A DNA stretch of 64,000 bases, from NCBI GenBank assembly GCA_002269645.1, contig NIVC01002604.1, positions 1 to 64,000 of the forward strand. The letters run 5' to 3'. Below the pieces are notes generated by a model. That model searched no databases and was not told the DNA's origin. It saw only the letters and a program-made list of their open reading frames with translations. Numbering within the stretch: the first letter of the stretch is position 1; each line of letters starts with the position of its first letter. This document shows, piece after piece, positions 1 through 12,746 of this stretch. The position numbers and the translations under genes were made by a program. Source of the stretch: Macrostomum lignano (taxonomy: Eukaryota).

Positions 1-119
1 TGTCTGGTGTCCGAGGAGTGCTGATACTCTGATGTCCGAGAAGTGCTTGTCTGGTGTCCGAGAGTGCTGATACTACTGATGTCCGAGGAGTGCTTGTCTG
101 GTTCCGAGGAGTGCTTGTC
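1..119. repeat. Degenerate ~22-bp tandem repeat (TGTCTGGTGTCCGAGGAGTGCT-like), truncated by window edge
   Basis: Motif recurs several times with variants in the first 120 nt. Confidence 0.7.
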
Positions 120-198
120 TTTTTGGAATCTAAAAATATTAAAGTGCCAACAAACTCGTACTTGAAATCCTCTCAACTGTCTCTCAACGCCGGCCCAG

Positions 199-414
199 GT
201 CACGAATTTTTGTCAGCGCCTGCGTAAGCCGCGAGCGCTCCGTGACGGTGCCGCAGCTGACTCGGCCGGAGCTCCTGGAGCCGCCCAAAGAGCCGCCTGC
301 GGACTGCTGCGCCCAGTGCCGCACAGGCGAACCCGAAGGCGGCAAAGTCATCACAGGCCAGGGCTGGTGCACCGCAGGGGAGCAACGCCAACTTCAGCAG
401 CTTCGGCGACAAAG
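199..414 (+). CDS. Possible internal coding exon of an unidentified gene extending upstream of the window
   Basis: GC-rich island between repeats; acceptor ccggcccAG|198/199 and donor aaag|GTgcat at 414/415. One frame is open with high GC3 (SRIFVSACVSRERSVTVPQLTRPELLEPPKEPPADCCAQC...). No family recognised. Confidence 0.4.
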
Positions 415-530
415 GTGCATCGAGAGCTTTTTGCCTGCGATTGGAGTTGAAAGCAAGTGGCGAATCTGCTGTGCGATACTCTGCAGACCTCGGCACCGCT
501 GAAGCCTGCATGAGCCTCACTAAAAGTTTG

Positions 531-1899
531 TCTCTTGAGTCTGCCTCTCCGCTCCCTCAGTCCTTGAGAATCTGCCTCTCCGCCTCAGTCCTTGAGAATC
601 TGCCTCTCCGCTCCCTCAGTCCTTGAGAATCTGCCTCTTTCAGTCCTTGAGAATCTGCCTCTCGGCTTCCTCAGTCCTTGAGAATCTGCCTCTCGGCTTC
701 CTCAGTCCTAGAGAATCTGCCTCTCGGCTTCCTCAGTCCTTGAGAATCTGCCTCTCGGCTTCCTCAGTCCTTGATAATCTGCCTCTCCGCTTCCTCAGTC
801 CTTGAGAATCTGCCTCTCGGCTTCCTCAGTCCTTGAGAATCTGTCTCTCGGCTTCCTCAGTCCTGAGAATCTGCCTCTCTGCTCCCTCAGTCCTAGAGAA
901 TCTGCCTCTCCGCTCCCTCAGTCCTTGAGATTCTGCCTCTCCGCTCCCTTAGTCCTTGAGAATCTGCCTCTCCACTCCCTTCAGAGTCCTTGAGAATCTG
1001 CCTCTCGGCTTCCTCAGTCCTTGAGAATCTGTCTCTCTGCTCCCTCAGTCCTTGAGAATCTGCCTCTCTGCTGCCTCAGTGCTTGAGAATCTGCCTCTCG
1101 GCTTCCTCAGTCCTTAAGAATCTGCCTCTCCGCTTCCTCAGTCCTTGAGAATCTGTCTCTCCGCTTCCTCAGTCCTTGAGAATCTGCCTCTCGGCTTCCT
1201 CAGTCCTTGAGAATCTGCCTCTCCGCTTCCTCAGTCCTTGAGAATCTGCCTCTCCGCTTCCTCAGTCCTTGAGAATCTGCCTCTCTGCTTCCTCAGTCCT
1301 TGAGAATCTGCCTCTCCGCTTCCTCAGTCCTTGAGAATCTGCCTCTCGGCTTCCTCAGTCCTTGAGAATCTGCCTCTCGGCTTCCTCAGTCCTTGAGAAT
1401 CTGTCTCTCTCTGCTCCCTTAGTCCTTGAGAATCTGCCTCTCCGCTTCCTCAGTACTTGAGAATCTGCCTCTCCGCTCCCTCAGTACTTGAGAATCTGCC
1501 TCTCCGCTCCTCTCAGTCCTTAAGAATCTGCCTCCTCCGCTTCCTCAGTCCTTGAGAATCTGCCTCTCTGCTCCCTCAGTCCTTGAGAATCTGCCTCTCC
1601 GCTCCCTCAGTACTTGAGAATCTGCCTCTCCGCTCCCTCAGTCCTTGAGAATCTGCCTCTCCGCTTCCTCAGTCCTTGAGAATCTGCCTCTCCACTCCCT
1701 TCACAGTCCTTGAGAATCTGCCTCTCGGCTTCCTCAGTCCTAGAGAATCTGCCTCTCGGCTTCCTCAGTCCTTGAGATTCTGCCTCTCTGCTTCCTTCAG
1801 AGTCCTAGAGAATCTGCCTCTCGGCTTCCTCAGTCCTTGAGATTCTGCCTCTCTGCTTCCTTCAGAGTCCTTGAGAATCTGCCTCTCGGCTTCCTCATA
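531..1899. repeat. 31-bp minisatellite (GAGAATCTGCCTCTCCGCTTCCTCAGTCCTT)n
   Basis: Direct inspection; about 44 variant copies. Confidence 0.95.
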
Positions 1900-2553
1900 A
1901 GACCTTTAAACACAGGTATGCAGATAAAAAACTTTGCACCACAATATTTTTAATCATTTATCATTCCCAGTTTTGTTCTGCTTCATTTTTGTAGCTTTTA
2001 TGTGTTATGTGTAGATAAACAGCTGTTATAAAAATGTATTATTTCTATTTCAATTTAATTCCTACTCCTAAAAAGAATGCGGAGTAGAATGGATTGCTAG
2101 TCCAATCCAGAAGACTTCAAAGGCATTGTTTCATTAAACACTCAGCATTAACTCAATGTGCCCCGGGAGAGCTCCGCAAGAGAACTGGCCCAATGGGAAT
2201 ATTTTCCAATTGAAGTGAGCTTGGCTGGCTGTCGGAGCAACAGAAAGAGAGAAAAAGCTAGAGGCACCTGCAATTGTGTATACTAGCTGCATTGTGAAGC
2301 ACGCTGGGTGTTCAGGGCACTGCATGGGGGGCTTGACTTTGATCGACTGACTCAAAACTTTTTTAGTAAACCGGCATTAATAGAGACGAAGAGAAGAGCG
2401 AGAGGAAGAGAAACAACTGACAAAATGGCTGACTTGACCTGGGAGGGGTAATTAAAGCATAAGCAGTCGCTAGTTGTTATAAGACCTAGTGAATGGGGTT
2501 TGGCCATAGACAAATTTGGTAGCAAAAATTCCAATTTCTCAAGAGCATATTAA

Positions 2554-2871
2554 CAATAATAATAATAATAACAGATTAAACCTGCCACAATGGGCAGATG
2601 TGCAACCGACAGCTCAGCCGCAGCTATTGCGTGGCGCATCTGAAGGCTGCGTACGGCTGTTTAGTACAAGGACTGGGGGGTCGCCACTGCACACAGCCTC
2701 AATTACCCCAGCTAATGCTGGCACCCATTTTACAGCTGGGTGAACTGAAGCAATGCAGAGTTAAGTTTCTTGCTCAAGGACACAGACTTTTCCGAGTGAG
2801 TCGAGATTCGAACCCCCGACCTTTCAGTCGTGAGTCAGACGCTCCAACCACTGTCTACGTACAACCCCTCT
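2554..2871 (-). mobile_element. tRNA-derived SINE, full length, with (ATT)n tail and 12-bp target-site duplication
   Basis: Minus strand reads A-box-like CAGTGGTTGGAGCG (2853-2840) and B-box GGTTCGAATC (2814-2805), then a central TCCTTGAGCAAG...CACCCAGCTGTAAAATGGG block reminiscent of metazoan SINE central domains, then an (ATT)n tail. Flanks are AGAGCATATTAA (2542-2553) and AGAGCATACTAA (2872-2883). Confidence 0.8.
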
Positions 2872-3035
2872 AGAGCATACTAAAATGCACTCGCGATACG
2901 ACAAATATGTGTTCCTTACTGATCTCCTTTGCCTAGAATTTTTTGTTGTCGTCTAGCGAGCAAAGGCTTCGGTCCATCAGATCTTAAAATTTCTGATAAG
3001 GTTAGTTCTTGCGAGTACTCGAACCTTAACACCGA

Positions 3036-5121
3036 TTCAGAGACACTCCGCTCTATAGCAGACTCCCAGAGACACTCCACTCTATAGCAGACTCTCAGAT
3101 ACACTCCACTGTATAGCAGACTCTCAAAGACACTCCACTCTATAGCAGACTCCCAGAGACACTCCACTCTATAGCAGACTATAGAGTGGATCACTCTATA
3201 GCACCCAGATACACTCCGCTCCATAGCAGACTCCCAGAGACACTCCGCTCTATAGCAGACTCTCAGAGACACTCCGCTCTATAGCAGACTCTCAGAGACA
3301 CTCCGCTCTATAGCAGACTCTCAGAGACACTCCACTCTATAGCAGACTCCCAGAGACACTCCACTCTATAGCAGACTCCCAGAGACACTCCACTCTATAG
3401 CAGACTCCAAGATACACTCCACTCTATAGCAGACTCCAAGATACACTCCACTCTATAGCAGACTCCAAGATACACTCTATTCTATAGCAGACTCCCAGAT
3501 ACACTCCGCTCTATAGCAGACTCCAAGATACACTCTATTCTATAGCAGACTCCCAGAGACACTCCACTCTATAGCAGACTCCAAGATACACTCCACTCTA
3601 TAGCAGACTCCAAGATACACTCCACTCTATAGCAGACTCCAAGATACACTCCACTCTATAGCAGACTCCAAGATACACTCCACTCTATAGCAGACTCCAA
3701 GATACACTCCACTCTATAGCAGACTCCCAGAGACACTCCACTCTATAGCAGACTCCAAGATACACTCCACTCTATAGCAGACTCCCAGAGACACTCCACT
3801 CTATAGCAGACTCCAAGATACACTCCACTCTATAGCAGACTCCAAGATACACTCCACTCTATAGCAGACTCCCAGAGACACTCCACTCTATAGCAGACTC
3901 CAAGATACACTCTATTCTATAGCAGACTCCCAGATACACTCCGCTCTATAGCAGACTCCAAGATACACTCTATTCTATAGCAGACTCCCAGAGACACTCC
4001 ACTCTATAGCAGACTCCAAGATACACTCCACTCTATAGCAGACTCCAAGATACACTCCACTCTATAGCAGACTCCAAGATACACTCCACTCTATAGCAGA
4101 CTCCAAGATACACTCTATTCTATAGCAGACTCCCAGATACACTCCGCTCTATAGCAGACTCCAAGATACACTCTATTCTATAGCAGACTCCCAGAGACAC
4201 TCCACTCTATAGCAGACTCCAAGATACACTCCACTCTATAGCAGACTCCAAGATACACTCCACTCTATAGCAGACTCCAAGATACACTCCACTCTATAGC
4301 AGACTCCAAGATACACTCCACTCTATAGCAGACTCCAAGATACACTCCACTCTATAGCAGACTCCAAGATACACTCCACTCTATAGCAGACTCCAAGATA
4401 CACTCCACTCTATAGCAGACTCCAAGATACACTCCACTCTATAGCAGACTCCAAGATACACTCCACTCTATAGCAGACTCCAAGATACACTCCACTCTAT
4501 AGCAGACTCCAAGATACACTCCACTCTATAGCAGACTCCCAGATACACTCCGCTCTATAGCAGACTCCCAGATACACTCCGCTCTATAGCAGACTCCCAG
4601 AGACACTCCGCTCTATAGCAGACTCACAGAGACACTCCATTCTATAGCAGACTCCCAGATACACTCCGCTCTATAGCAGACTCCCAGAGACACTCCACTC
4701 TATAGCAGACTCCCAGAGACACTCCGCTCTATAGCAGACTCCCAGAGACACTCCACTCTATAGCAGACTCCCAGAGACACTCCGCTCTATAGCAGACTCC
4801 CAGATACACTCCGCTCTATAGCAGACTCCCAGAGACACTCCGCTCTATAGCAGACTCACAGAGACACTCCATTCTATAGCAGACTCCCAGATACACTCCG
4901 CTCTATAGCAGACTCCCAGAGACACTCCACTCTATAGCAGACTCCCAGAGACACTCCGCTCTATAGCAGACTCCCAGAGACACTCCACTCTATAGCAGAC
5001 TCCCAGAGACACTCCGCTCTATAGCAGACTCCCAGATACACTCCACTCTATAGCAGACTCCCAGATACACTCCACTCTATAGCAGACTCCCAGATACACT
5101 CTAAGCAGACTCCCAGATACA
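3036..5121. repeat. 29-bp minisatellite (ACTCCACTCTATAGCAGACTCCAAGATAC)n
   Basis: Direct inspection; about 70 copies. Confidence 0.95.
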
Positions 5122-6869
5122 CGCAAGCTTTACTACTCGTATCATTGATATCCCGGACTGCTTACACACAAGGCTGAGCTAAATGAGTCACTATCGATAC
5201 TACAGTGCGCAGCAACACGGCTCGCTAACACTTAGCCTGAGCTTACGATAGGCATACACTCTGCGGTAAAAAATAGAATCCCCTCTCTATTTGACAGATT
5301 AGGAGGCCACGCGCTCTCAAGTAGGGAAAGATCGGCCACTCATTCCGACTTCTTCCCTCGGGGTTTTTTTAAACACGAGTCGTTGCAAAATTGGTTACCC
5401 CCCCTCCAACCCCAGTGTCTGCGCATGGTGCCTGTAACTCGCATTTTGGACTGTCTCCCGGCCTCTATCCCTCGATTTGACTTCGCTTCCATTTGTGCTA
5501 GTGTTGCTGCAGCACCGCCCAGGCCAGCAGTCGCTGCTCAGCACCCTTGCACACCCCACCCGACTCTGCCCCTCTCCCCTAGTCTCAGCAGTGCCAAGTT
5601 GCATAGAGCAGGTGAAACGGCGGGCTCAACCCCACTAAGACCAATAGGGGCAACAAGCAGCCCACACGCCAAAATCCGCCTTCAAAAGCCCCGTAGTTTT
5701 GCTCCCCAGTGTCTTCTTGTATTCCCCTCGGCTACTGCTGCGGGGGATCAGTAAACTCTGCTAGACTTGATACAATCGGAGTATTGGGACTCGAAAGAAT
5801 CCAGCCAGCGTCAGACAACAAGCACCCCACTGATGTAGTTGATGTGACCGTTATAATAGGCACTGCCTGCTCGCCCGCCTGCCTGCCTGTTTGCTCGGTC
5901 ACAGCAAACTACTGGGACTGAGTCGCCAGGCAATACTCGTCAAGCCACCAAGCCTTTCTCAAAGTGAGTAGTTGCAGTTTTCCCTAACAAATTTTCTCCC
6001 ATAGTTATCAAACAGGTGTCAGATGTCAAGACATAGTCTTCATCCCATTCCCAGCAACATTCCTTTTTCACTACTTATTACTACATGAGTAGATGTTTGC
6101 ATTATTAAAATAAACGAGAGAAAACATGGTATTTTGTTTATATTTCAACTTTTCTAATTCAGTTCTGGTCAAAATTATGCGTACAAACTAACAATCAATT
6201 ATGCATTGCAATTGATGCTCCGTGTACTTGAAAATATGATATATTAGTCTCTATGTAACAAGAGCCGTGATCTATTAGAAGATTGAATGAAAACAGTGTT
6301 GGAAACCTGCTCCGAAATATGAGTTCAACTATATTAGGAAGGGATGCTGTCTATGTTAACAACAAAAAACTACAAAAAACAAGCAAAAACAGCCACAACA
6401 ACATTAACAGCGACAGACAATGCTTTAAACAGGGCAAACAGACTGTCTATAAAACAGCGTACAGTAGACAAGATCAATAATTAGTCGGTATAATGTCTGT
6501 TAGAAAGAGATTTTCAAAGCGAATACTGGTTCAGCTCGAACACGCAGTGATGATCAATTTACGCTTGTTTAAAATGTGAGCATTGAATGAATTAAAAAAA
6601 TATGCTGTTATTTCTGCTATGTACAGCATAAGGACTGTTAATGCAGTTATGAAGAGTTCCTCCAGGAAGACCCGTAGGCCCACAGTAATCAGTAATGATG
6701 AAGCAAAATGTTTGATTGCAGGGGCTTCGGGAGCGGCCCGCGGGATGGGATGGGACAGTGTAGAGCGAGGACTAGAGGGTAGGAAGAGGGTAAAGGGTTA
6801 ATGAAGGGTAAATATGGGACTGAGAAAGATTGGAGAAAGCATGAATAGTGAGGTTAGAGGGTAGCAGAG

Positions 6870-7282
6870 GTTAGAAGGTAGAGAGGGTAAAGAGGGTAGA
6901 GAGGGTAGAGAGAGTAGAGGGTAGAGAGGGCAGAGAGGGTAGAGAGGGTAGAGAGGGTAGAGAGGGTAGAGAGGGTAGAGAGGCTAAAGAGGGTAGAGAG
7001 GGTAGAGAGGCTAAAGAGGGTAGAGAGGGTAGAGAGGGTAAAGAGGGTAGAGAGGGTAAAGAGGGTAGAGAGGGTAGAGAGGGTAGAGAAGGTAGAGAGG
7101 GTAGAGAAGGTAGAGAGGGTAGAGAGGGTAGAGAGGGTAGAGAGTGTAGAGAGGGTAGAGAGTGTAGAGAGGGTAAAGAGGGTAAAGAGGGTAGAGAAGG
7201 TAGAGAGGGTAACGATGGTAGAGAGGGTAAAGATGGTAGAGAGGGTAAAGAGGATAGAGATGGTAGAGAGGGTAGAGAGAGC
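6870..7282. repeat. 9-bp repeat (GAGAGGGTA)n
   Basis: Direct inspection; explains the LPS/YPL pseudo-ORFs. Confidence 0.93.
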
Positions 7283-7764
7283 AGAGAGATAGTGGCTTGG
7301 CTTGGAGGTGTCTCGGCCAGTGGCACAGGGGGTGGATGTAAGTTTGGAACTCCGTCCCCAAGAAATGAAACATGCAGGTATGCGGACAAGATGACATGCA
7401 CCGGACAGCTATGCAGACATTTCAATATTAAAGTTACCATATTTGCGTGTGAATAGTTTCTCGCATACTTTCCTACTGACCACAGCAGCGACAACAGTAA
7501 TCAAACGGCAAGTGGGAGAATTTTTTTGGATTTTCTACGTTCAGGGGTGAAACAAGTCAAGGATGCCAAAAAATTAAGACTACAATTATAAGCAGCAAAT
7601 AAATTTGCCCTACATAAGTGCAAGAGAAGCGAGCTTGCAGTCACATGATGCAGCGGCTCTAAAATAGTGCGCGGTTGGTGCACTGCCAGTATGAATGTAC
7701 TTGAAAAAGGTACTTTTATATTCATATTTATTTCCTATGAAAAAGATGTACTTCTGGGCCCTGT

Positions 7765-8626
7765 CTACAGTACTCCACAGTCCTCAGCTACCACATCTAC
7801 AGTACTCCACAGTCCCCAGCTACCACATCTACAGTACTCCACAGTCCCCAGCTACCACATCTACAGTACTCCACAGTCCCCAGCTACCACATCTACAGTA
7901 CTCCACAGTCCCCAGCTACCACATCTACAGTACTCCACAGTCCCCAGCTACCACATCTACAGTACTCCACAGTCCCCAGCTACCACATCTACAGTACTCC
8001 ACAGTCCCCAGCTACCACATCTACAGTACTCCACAGTCCCCAGCTACCACATCTACAGTACTCCACAGTCCCCAGCTACCACATCTACAGTACTCCACAG
8101 TCCTCAGCTACCACATCTACAGTACTCCACAGTCCTCAGCTACCACATCTACAGTACTCCCCAGTCCCCAGCTACCACATCTACAGTACTCCACAGTCCT
8201 CAGCTACCACATCTACAGTACTCCACAGTCCTCAGCTACCACATCTACAGTACTCCACAGTCCTCAGCTACCACATCTACAGTACTCCACAGTCCTCAGC
8301 TACCATATCTACAGTACTCCAGAGTCCTCAGCTACCACATCTACAGTACTCCACAGTCCTCAGCTACCACATCTACAGTACTCCACAGTCCTCAGCTACC
8401 ACATCTACAGTACTCCACAGTCCTCAGCTACCATATCTACAGTACTCCAGAGTCCTCAGCTACCACATCTACAGTACTCCACAGTCCTCAGCTACCACAT
8501 CTACAGTACTCCACAGTCCTCAGCTACCACATCTACAGTACTCCACAGTCCTCAGCTACCACATCTACAGTACTCCACAGTCCTCAGCTACCACATCTAC
8601 AGTACTCCAGAGTCCTCAGCTACCAA
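7765..8626. repeat. 32-bp minisatellite (TACAGTACTCCACAGTCCTCAGCTACCACATC)n
   Basis: Direct inspection; explains pseudo-ORFs 7667..8689 and 7695..8651. Confidence 0.95.
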
Positions 8627-8820
8627 CAACCACTTCTACTGTACTTCATGACCCTCATGTACTGCATTTGGTCCGCAGAAATTTGTTAACATCGCACAAA
8701 AGACAGAGGGGGAACCACAGGCCCAGTGAAGTGAAGCCACTCTGCGAATGGCCAGTTTTCAAAGAATTAAAATACAAAATCAAAACATTATTAGCAAGCG
8801 TGAATTGCGACGCACTTCTG

Positions 8821-9799
8821 TCACTTGGACGCTTTCGATTTGTTCAGCTCGGACTTGCGTCGTAGCAGCGGTTTGTCCCGGCGGACGCTGCCAGCAGATC
8901 CGGTGGATCCGCTCGCGTTGGCCTCGGCGAGGGCCTCGCGCTCCAGCGCTGTCAGGCCGCTCTGCACGTCCTCCTCCTCATCCTCTGCCCCCGTCGGGTT
9001 GTCCACCGTTTCAGTGGCTGCGAAACCGGCGGCAGCCGGCTGGTCAACTCGACGATTGCTCGGCCGCTGCTCCTTGGGCACCGTCTGACGGCAGAAGACC
9101 GGATAGAGCGGATTGTCCATGGCCTGAGCAGCCAGCTGCTGCCACAGCTGCTCCCGTTTGACCAGCGCCTCGCGCTCTCGCTGCCTCTCCTCCTGATAGC
9201 GGATCGTGCACTCGTCGAACAGCTTCTGATCCATCTCCATGAGCAGCTTGAGCGCATTGTAAACCAGAGTGTGAATAGTCTTGTTCCAGTGCTGCTTGGT
9301 TCTGTACAGTGCCGGGAACACGATCGGCATGGCCAGGGAGGCATTGTCGGACATCAGGGACAAGACGTACTCATTGTTCCAGTAGTACAGCGCCCGTTCA
9401 GCCACTTGGAAGTGCGGCGAGCTCACGCACCTAGCCAGCTGGCGGAGCAGCGGCCCGGCCACCTTGCGGAATTCGACCGGGTCAACAACGTCGAGAATCT
9501 CTTCGAGCTCGGTCAGGAACATCACCTCCTTGGGCGAGTGGACCTTCGGCCAGAAGCGCAGCAGGCCTAGCAGCACCGGCTGGGCCAGCGAGTGGTCCTT
9601 CTCTAGAAACTGGACAACGCAGTAGGCCAGTTGTGGATGATAAGTGCTCAGCGTTTTAGCCTTGTGCAGCGGCAGCAGGACTCTGAGCAGGAACACTTTG
9701 TGCTCCTCTTTGAGCGGCAAGGCGAAGCCGTTGATGATGCTGCCCAGAATCTCTAGCAATTCGGCGATGCCATTGTGTCGCTCGGTCTCGTAGATGAAT
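8821..9799 (-). CDS. PPP2R5: PP2A regulatory subunit B56 (B') family, exon 2 (last)
   Basis: Acceptor ctgcAG|A at 9800/9799 completes Arg (AG|A). Encodes [34 protein letters not shown]...[15 protein letters not shown]...[13 protein letters not shown]...[12 protein letters not shown] and C-terminal LLRRKSEL; TGA at 8823-8821. Confidence 0.95.
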
Positions 9800-9949
9800 C
9801 TGCAGAGGGTGATGGGGGGCTGGAGTGACCGAACCGGCTGTAATGACGTCCAGAGTGACAGACTGGTGTGGGAATTGAGAATGAAAAACTGGATTGTCGT
9901 TTAGAGTGACAACTGCGCTTGTAGAGAGCGTAAAGTCGCATCGAGAGTG

Positions 9950-10052
9950 ACATCAGTTGTGACACAGAGAGTGCCACAGAGAGTGACAGCGAGAGTGACA
10001 CCGAGAGTGACAGCGAGAGTGACAGCGAGTGACAGCGAGAGTGACAGCGAGA
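9950..10052. repeat. ~10-bp repeat (GAGTGACAGC)n in B56 intron
   Basis: Direct inspection. Confidence 0.75.
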
Positions 10053-10322
10053 GTGACAGGCTGGATCGAAATCGAGAGTTGAACCTGGAGTGACAAACTT
10101 AAGTGGCCATATACAGTGGCAAGCTATGGTACTTATTATACATTGTCGACAGTCACAATTCAGAATGAATTGAAAAAAAAACACGAAACAAAGGACAATT
10201 GTGAAGAGCGCTAGCGCGAGTGAAATCACAGTAGAAAAAGAACACAATAGATCCCTAGTCATCACCTACATTTATAGTGCTTGCAGATAAAGGAAGGCTT
10301 GCAGGAGATGCGGTGAGGACAA

Positions 10323-10330
10323 AGAGAGAG

Positions 10331-10402
<72 letters not shown>
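10323..10402. repeat. (GA)n microsatellite
   Basis: Direct inspection. Confidence 0.95.
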
Positions 10403-10403
<1 letters not shown>

Positions 10404-10950
10404 ACAAAGACAGGCAGACAGAGGCGCAAGCAGAGCAAAGAACGGCTGGGGGAGACGGAGACAAACGGAAGGGGGGCTAGTCACCTGTTACCCCTGTGAT
10501 TAGGGGGCTGGGTTAGGCACGCCCGGAGAAGACTAGACTAGCGAGGAGCACGCTATCCTGTCTCCCCCAGCCAGCGTGTGCGATTTTGTAATGAGGACTG
10601 CAGCATGAGGGCACACTATGGTGAGGCACTGCCGGGGTGCGAGACAAAAGTAATTCGCTCGCAGAATAAGGAACAGGCCGAGCTGATGCCCAACCCCCAT
10701 AATGGGATCAATGCCTCATCCATCCTTGTGCTTGCTTTGCTTACTTCTCGCTCCCTCTCTCTCTCTCTGTCTCTCGCAATTCGATTCCATGGAAATTCGA
10801 TCGGAGCGCAGTGGAGACGGGGCGCCATGCCCTTTAGCACAGAAAAACAAATGCAGCATTATTTATATTACTTGTCTATTGAGATGGACTTCATGACTGC
10901 ATTGAAGCTGTTCTAGACTGAAAGGTGAACGGTAGACTCTCTGGCTACAC

Positions 10951-11013
10951 CAGGGTTCGGCAAACTTTTTTACCTCAAGGGCCAGATAGAGAACCCAGCG
11001 CATTACTGCGGGC
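10951..11013 (+). mobile_element. Possible left end of a hAT/Charlie-like nonautonomous DNA transposon
   Basis: CAGGGTTCGGCAAACTTTTT...AAGGGCCAGATAG...GCGGGCC resembles the MER58-type terminus as I recall it. No complete right TIR or TSD found. Confidence 0.4.
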
Positions 11014-11194
11014 CAGGGGCGGGGAGAGAGGAGAGAGAAAAGAGAAAATGGAAGAGAGATGAGAGAAGACAGATGAGAGATGAGAGATGAGAAATGAGAA
11101 ATTAGAGATTAGTGAAGAGAGATAAGCGATAGAAGAAAGGAGAGGCGATGCAAGGCGAAAAGTGAGGAGACGAGAGAAGAGATTAGATGAAATA

Positions 11195-11532
11195 GGAGAG
11201 GAGAGAGGAGAGGAGAGGAGAGGAGAGGAGAGAAGAGGAGAGGAGAGGAGAGGAGAGGAGAGGAGAGGAGAGGAGAGGAGAAGAGAGAAGAGGAGAGGAG
11301 AGGAGAGGAGAGGAGAGGAGAGGAGAGGAGAGGAGAGGAGAGGAGAGGAGAGGAGAGAAGAGGAGAGAGGAGAGGAGAGGAGAGGAGAGGAGAGGAGAGG
11401 AGAGGAGAGGAGAGGAGAGGAGAGGAGAGGAGAGGAGAGGAGAGGAGAGGAGAGAAGAGGAGAGGAGAGGAGAGGACAGGAGAGGATAGGAGAGGATAGG
11501 AGAGGAGAGGAGAGGAGAGGAGAGGAGAAGAG
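11195..11532. repeat. (AGAGG)n pentanucleotide repeat within an AG-rich tract
   Basis: Direct inspection. Confidence 0.93.
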
Positions 11533-11961
11533 AGGGAAGGAGCAGGAATAGGAGAGAAAAAGAGTGAAGAGATTATAGAGAAGAGACACAAAGAAGAGAG
11601 GTTTCGCGGGCAGCATGTGGCAGGACTGAAAAACTCAAATTTTCTAAAATAACCCGGGGCTTGTCGTATGATTCACGCTCATGTCAACGAGGGCCAGTCC
11701 TCAAGTCACAGAGTGTGTACAATGCCTGCTGATGAGGTCAGGATCAAGGATGTACAACCTATGTGCTGTCATTTAGTCTACGACACAAGACACAAAGCAC
11801 CAGAAATTGAACGCCGGGGACATTGTCCTACAACCAGCGCCTACGGCAATTCTGCACATTTCTGGGTTTTTTGAATCCCACGACAACCACCTGTCCAATT
11901 TTCGTACACAAGCCCTGAATGAATGCGGCTCAGTTGCAGTACTCTGCCCCCATCACCTCAC

Positions 11962-12587
11962 CTATAAAATATGTTATTAACATTTCGTCGAATGACGGCC
12001 CTCAGGCCGAGGAATTTGCCGTAGATGCGGTGCAGGATGGTCTTGAGAAAGTCGCGTTCCCTGGGATCCTCGCTGTCGAAGGTGTCCAGCAGCTGCAGCA
12101 CAAACTGATGCTCAATGCAGCGCTTGGCCAGGCAGGGCTGAAAGTCCGGCGACTCGAGAAAGCGCAGGAAGAACTCGTACACCAGGTGCAGGTGCGGCCA
12201 GGCCGCGTCCAGGGCCGGCTCGTCCTCCTCGGGGTCGAACTCCGCACCGATGGGATTCGACGGCGGCGGCAGCGTGCGGAACACATTGGCGGAGAACATG
12301 AACACGGCCTCGGCGTACACCGGCTCCGTGATGGCGCCCCGGCTGGTGATCACGTGATCAAGCAGCTCCTGCAGAGCCTGCCGCTTCACCTCCTTGGCTC
12401 GAAGGTCCGACAGTGGCTCCCTGACAAAGTCGAACACCACGCAGCACTGGCGCAGCTTCTGCATCATCAGTGACTCACGCTGCTCAGGCGTGGCAGCGTC
12501 CTTCAGCAGCGGCAGCGAGTACAGCTCGCGCCTCATCTGACCGGACTTCTCGTCGGCAAGTCGCTTTGACTGTTGGAAATCTGCGGA

Positions 12588-12618
<31 letters not shown>

Positions 12619-12746
12619 GACTGTTGCTTTGTCGCTAGAGATTTTCCCGAGCCGCTGACTCCACCACCGCCACTGCTGGGGCTCGACGCGTTCTTGCGAT
12701 CCCCGCCAGCCATCACAGACTTGAGGCCGGATAAGAAAGACGACAT
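11962..12746 (-). CDS. PPP2R5: PP2A regulatory subunit B56 (B') family, exon 1
   Basis: ATG at 12746; [11 protein letters not shown]...[26 protein letters not shown]...[27 protein letters not shown] are B56 hallmarks. Donor AG|GTGAG at 11962/11961 (phase 2) matches exon 2. Joined CDS is 1764 nt, 587 aa. Confidence 0.95.

Noticed and set aside
200-520. Minus-strand 106-aa ORF
   Set aside because: Same codon phase as the plus-strand frame, which has better GC3 and splice signals; likely a shadow ORF.
2795-2868. Functional tRNA gene
   Set aside because: No convincing acceptor stem; it continues into a SINE body with tail and TSD.
5383-5921. GC-moderate ORFs that could be a retroelement fragment
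   Set aside because: No RT, endonuclease, gag or terminal motifs recognisable.
523-8626. Regularly spaced direct repeats resembling a CRISPR array
   Set aside because: Units are head-to-tail with no unique spacers, there are no cas genes, and the context is eukaryotic.
11725-11765. Hammerhead ribozyme (CTGATGAG)
   Set aside because: No GAAA core or matching stems downstream.
11655-11917. Possible small MITE (CGGGGCTTGTCGTATG ... CGTACACAAGCCCTG)
   Set aside because: The inverted match is short and gapped, and no TSD is visible.
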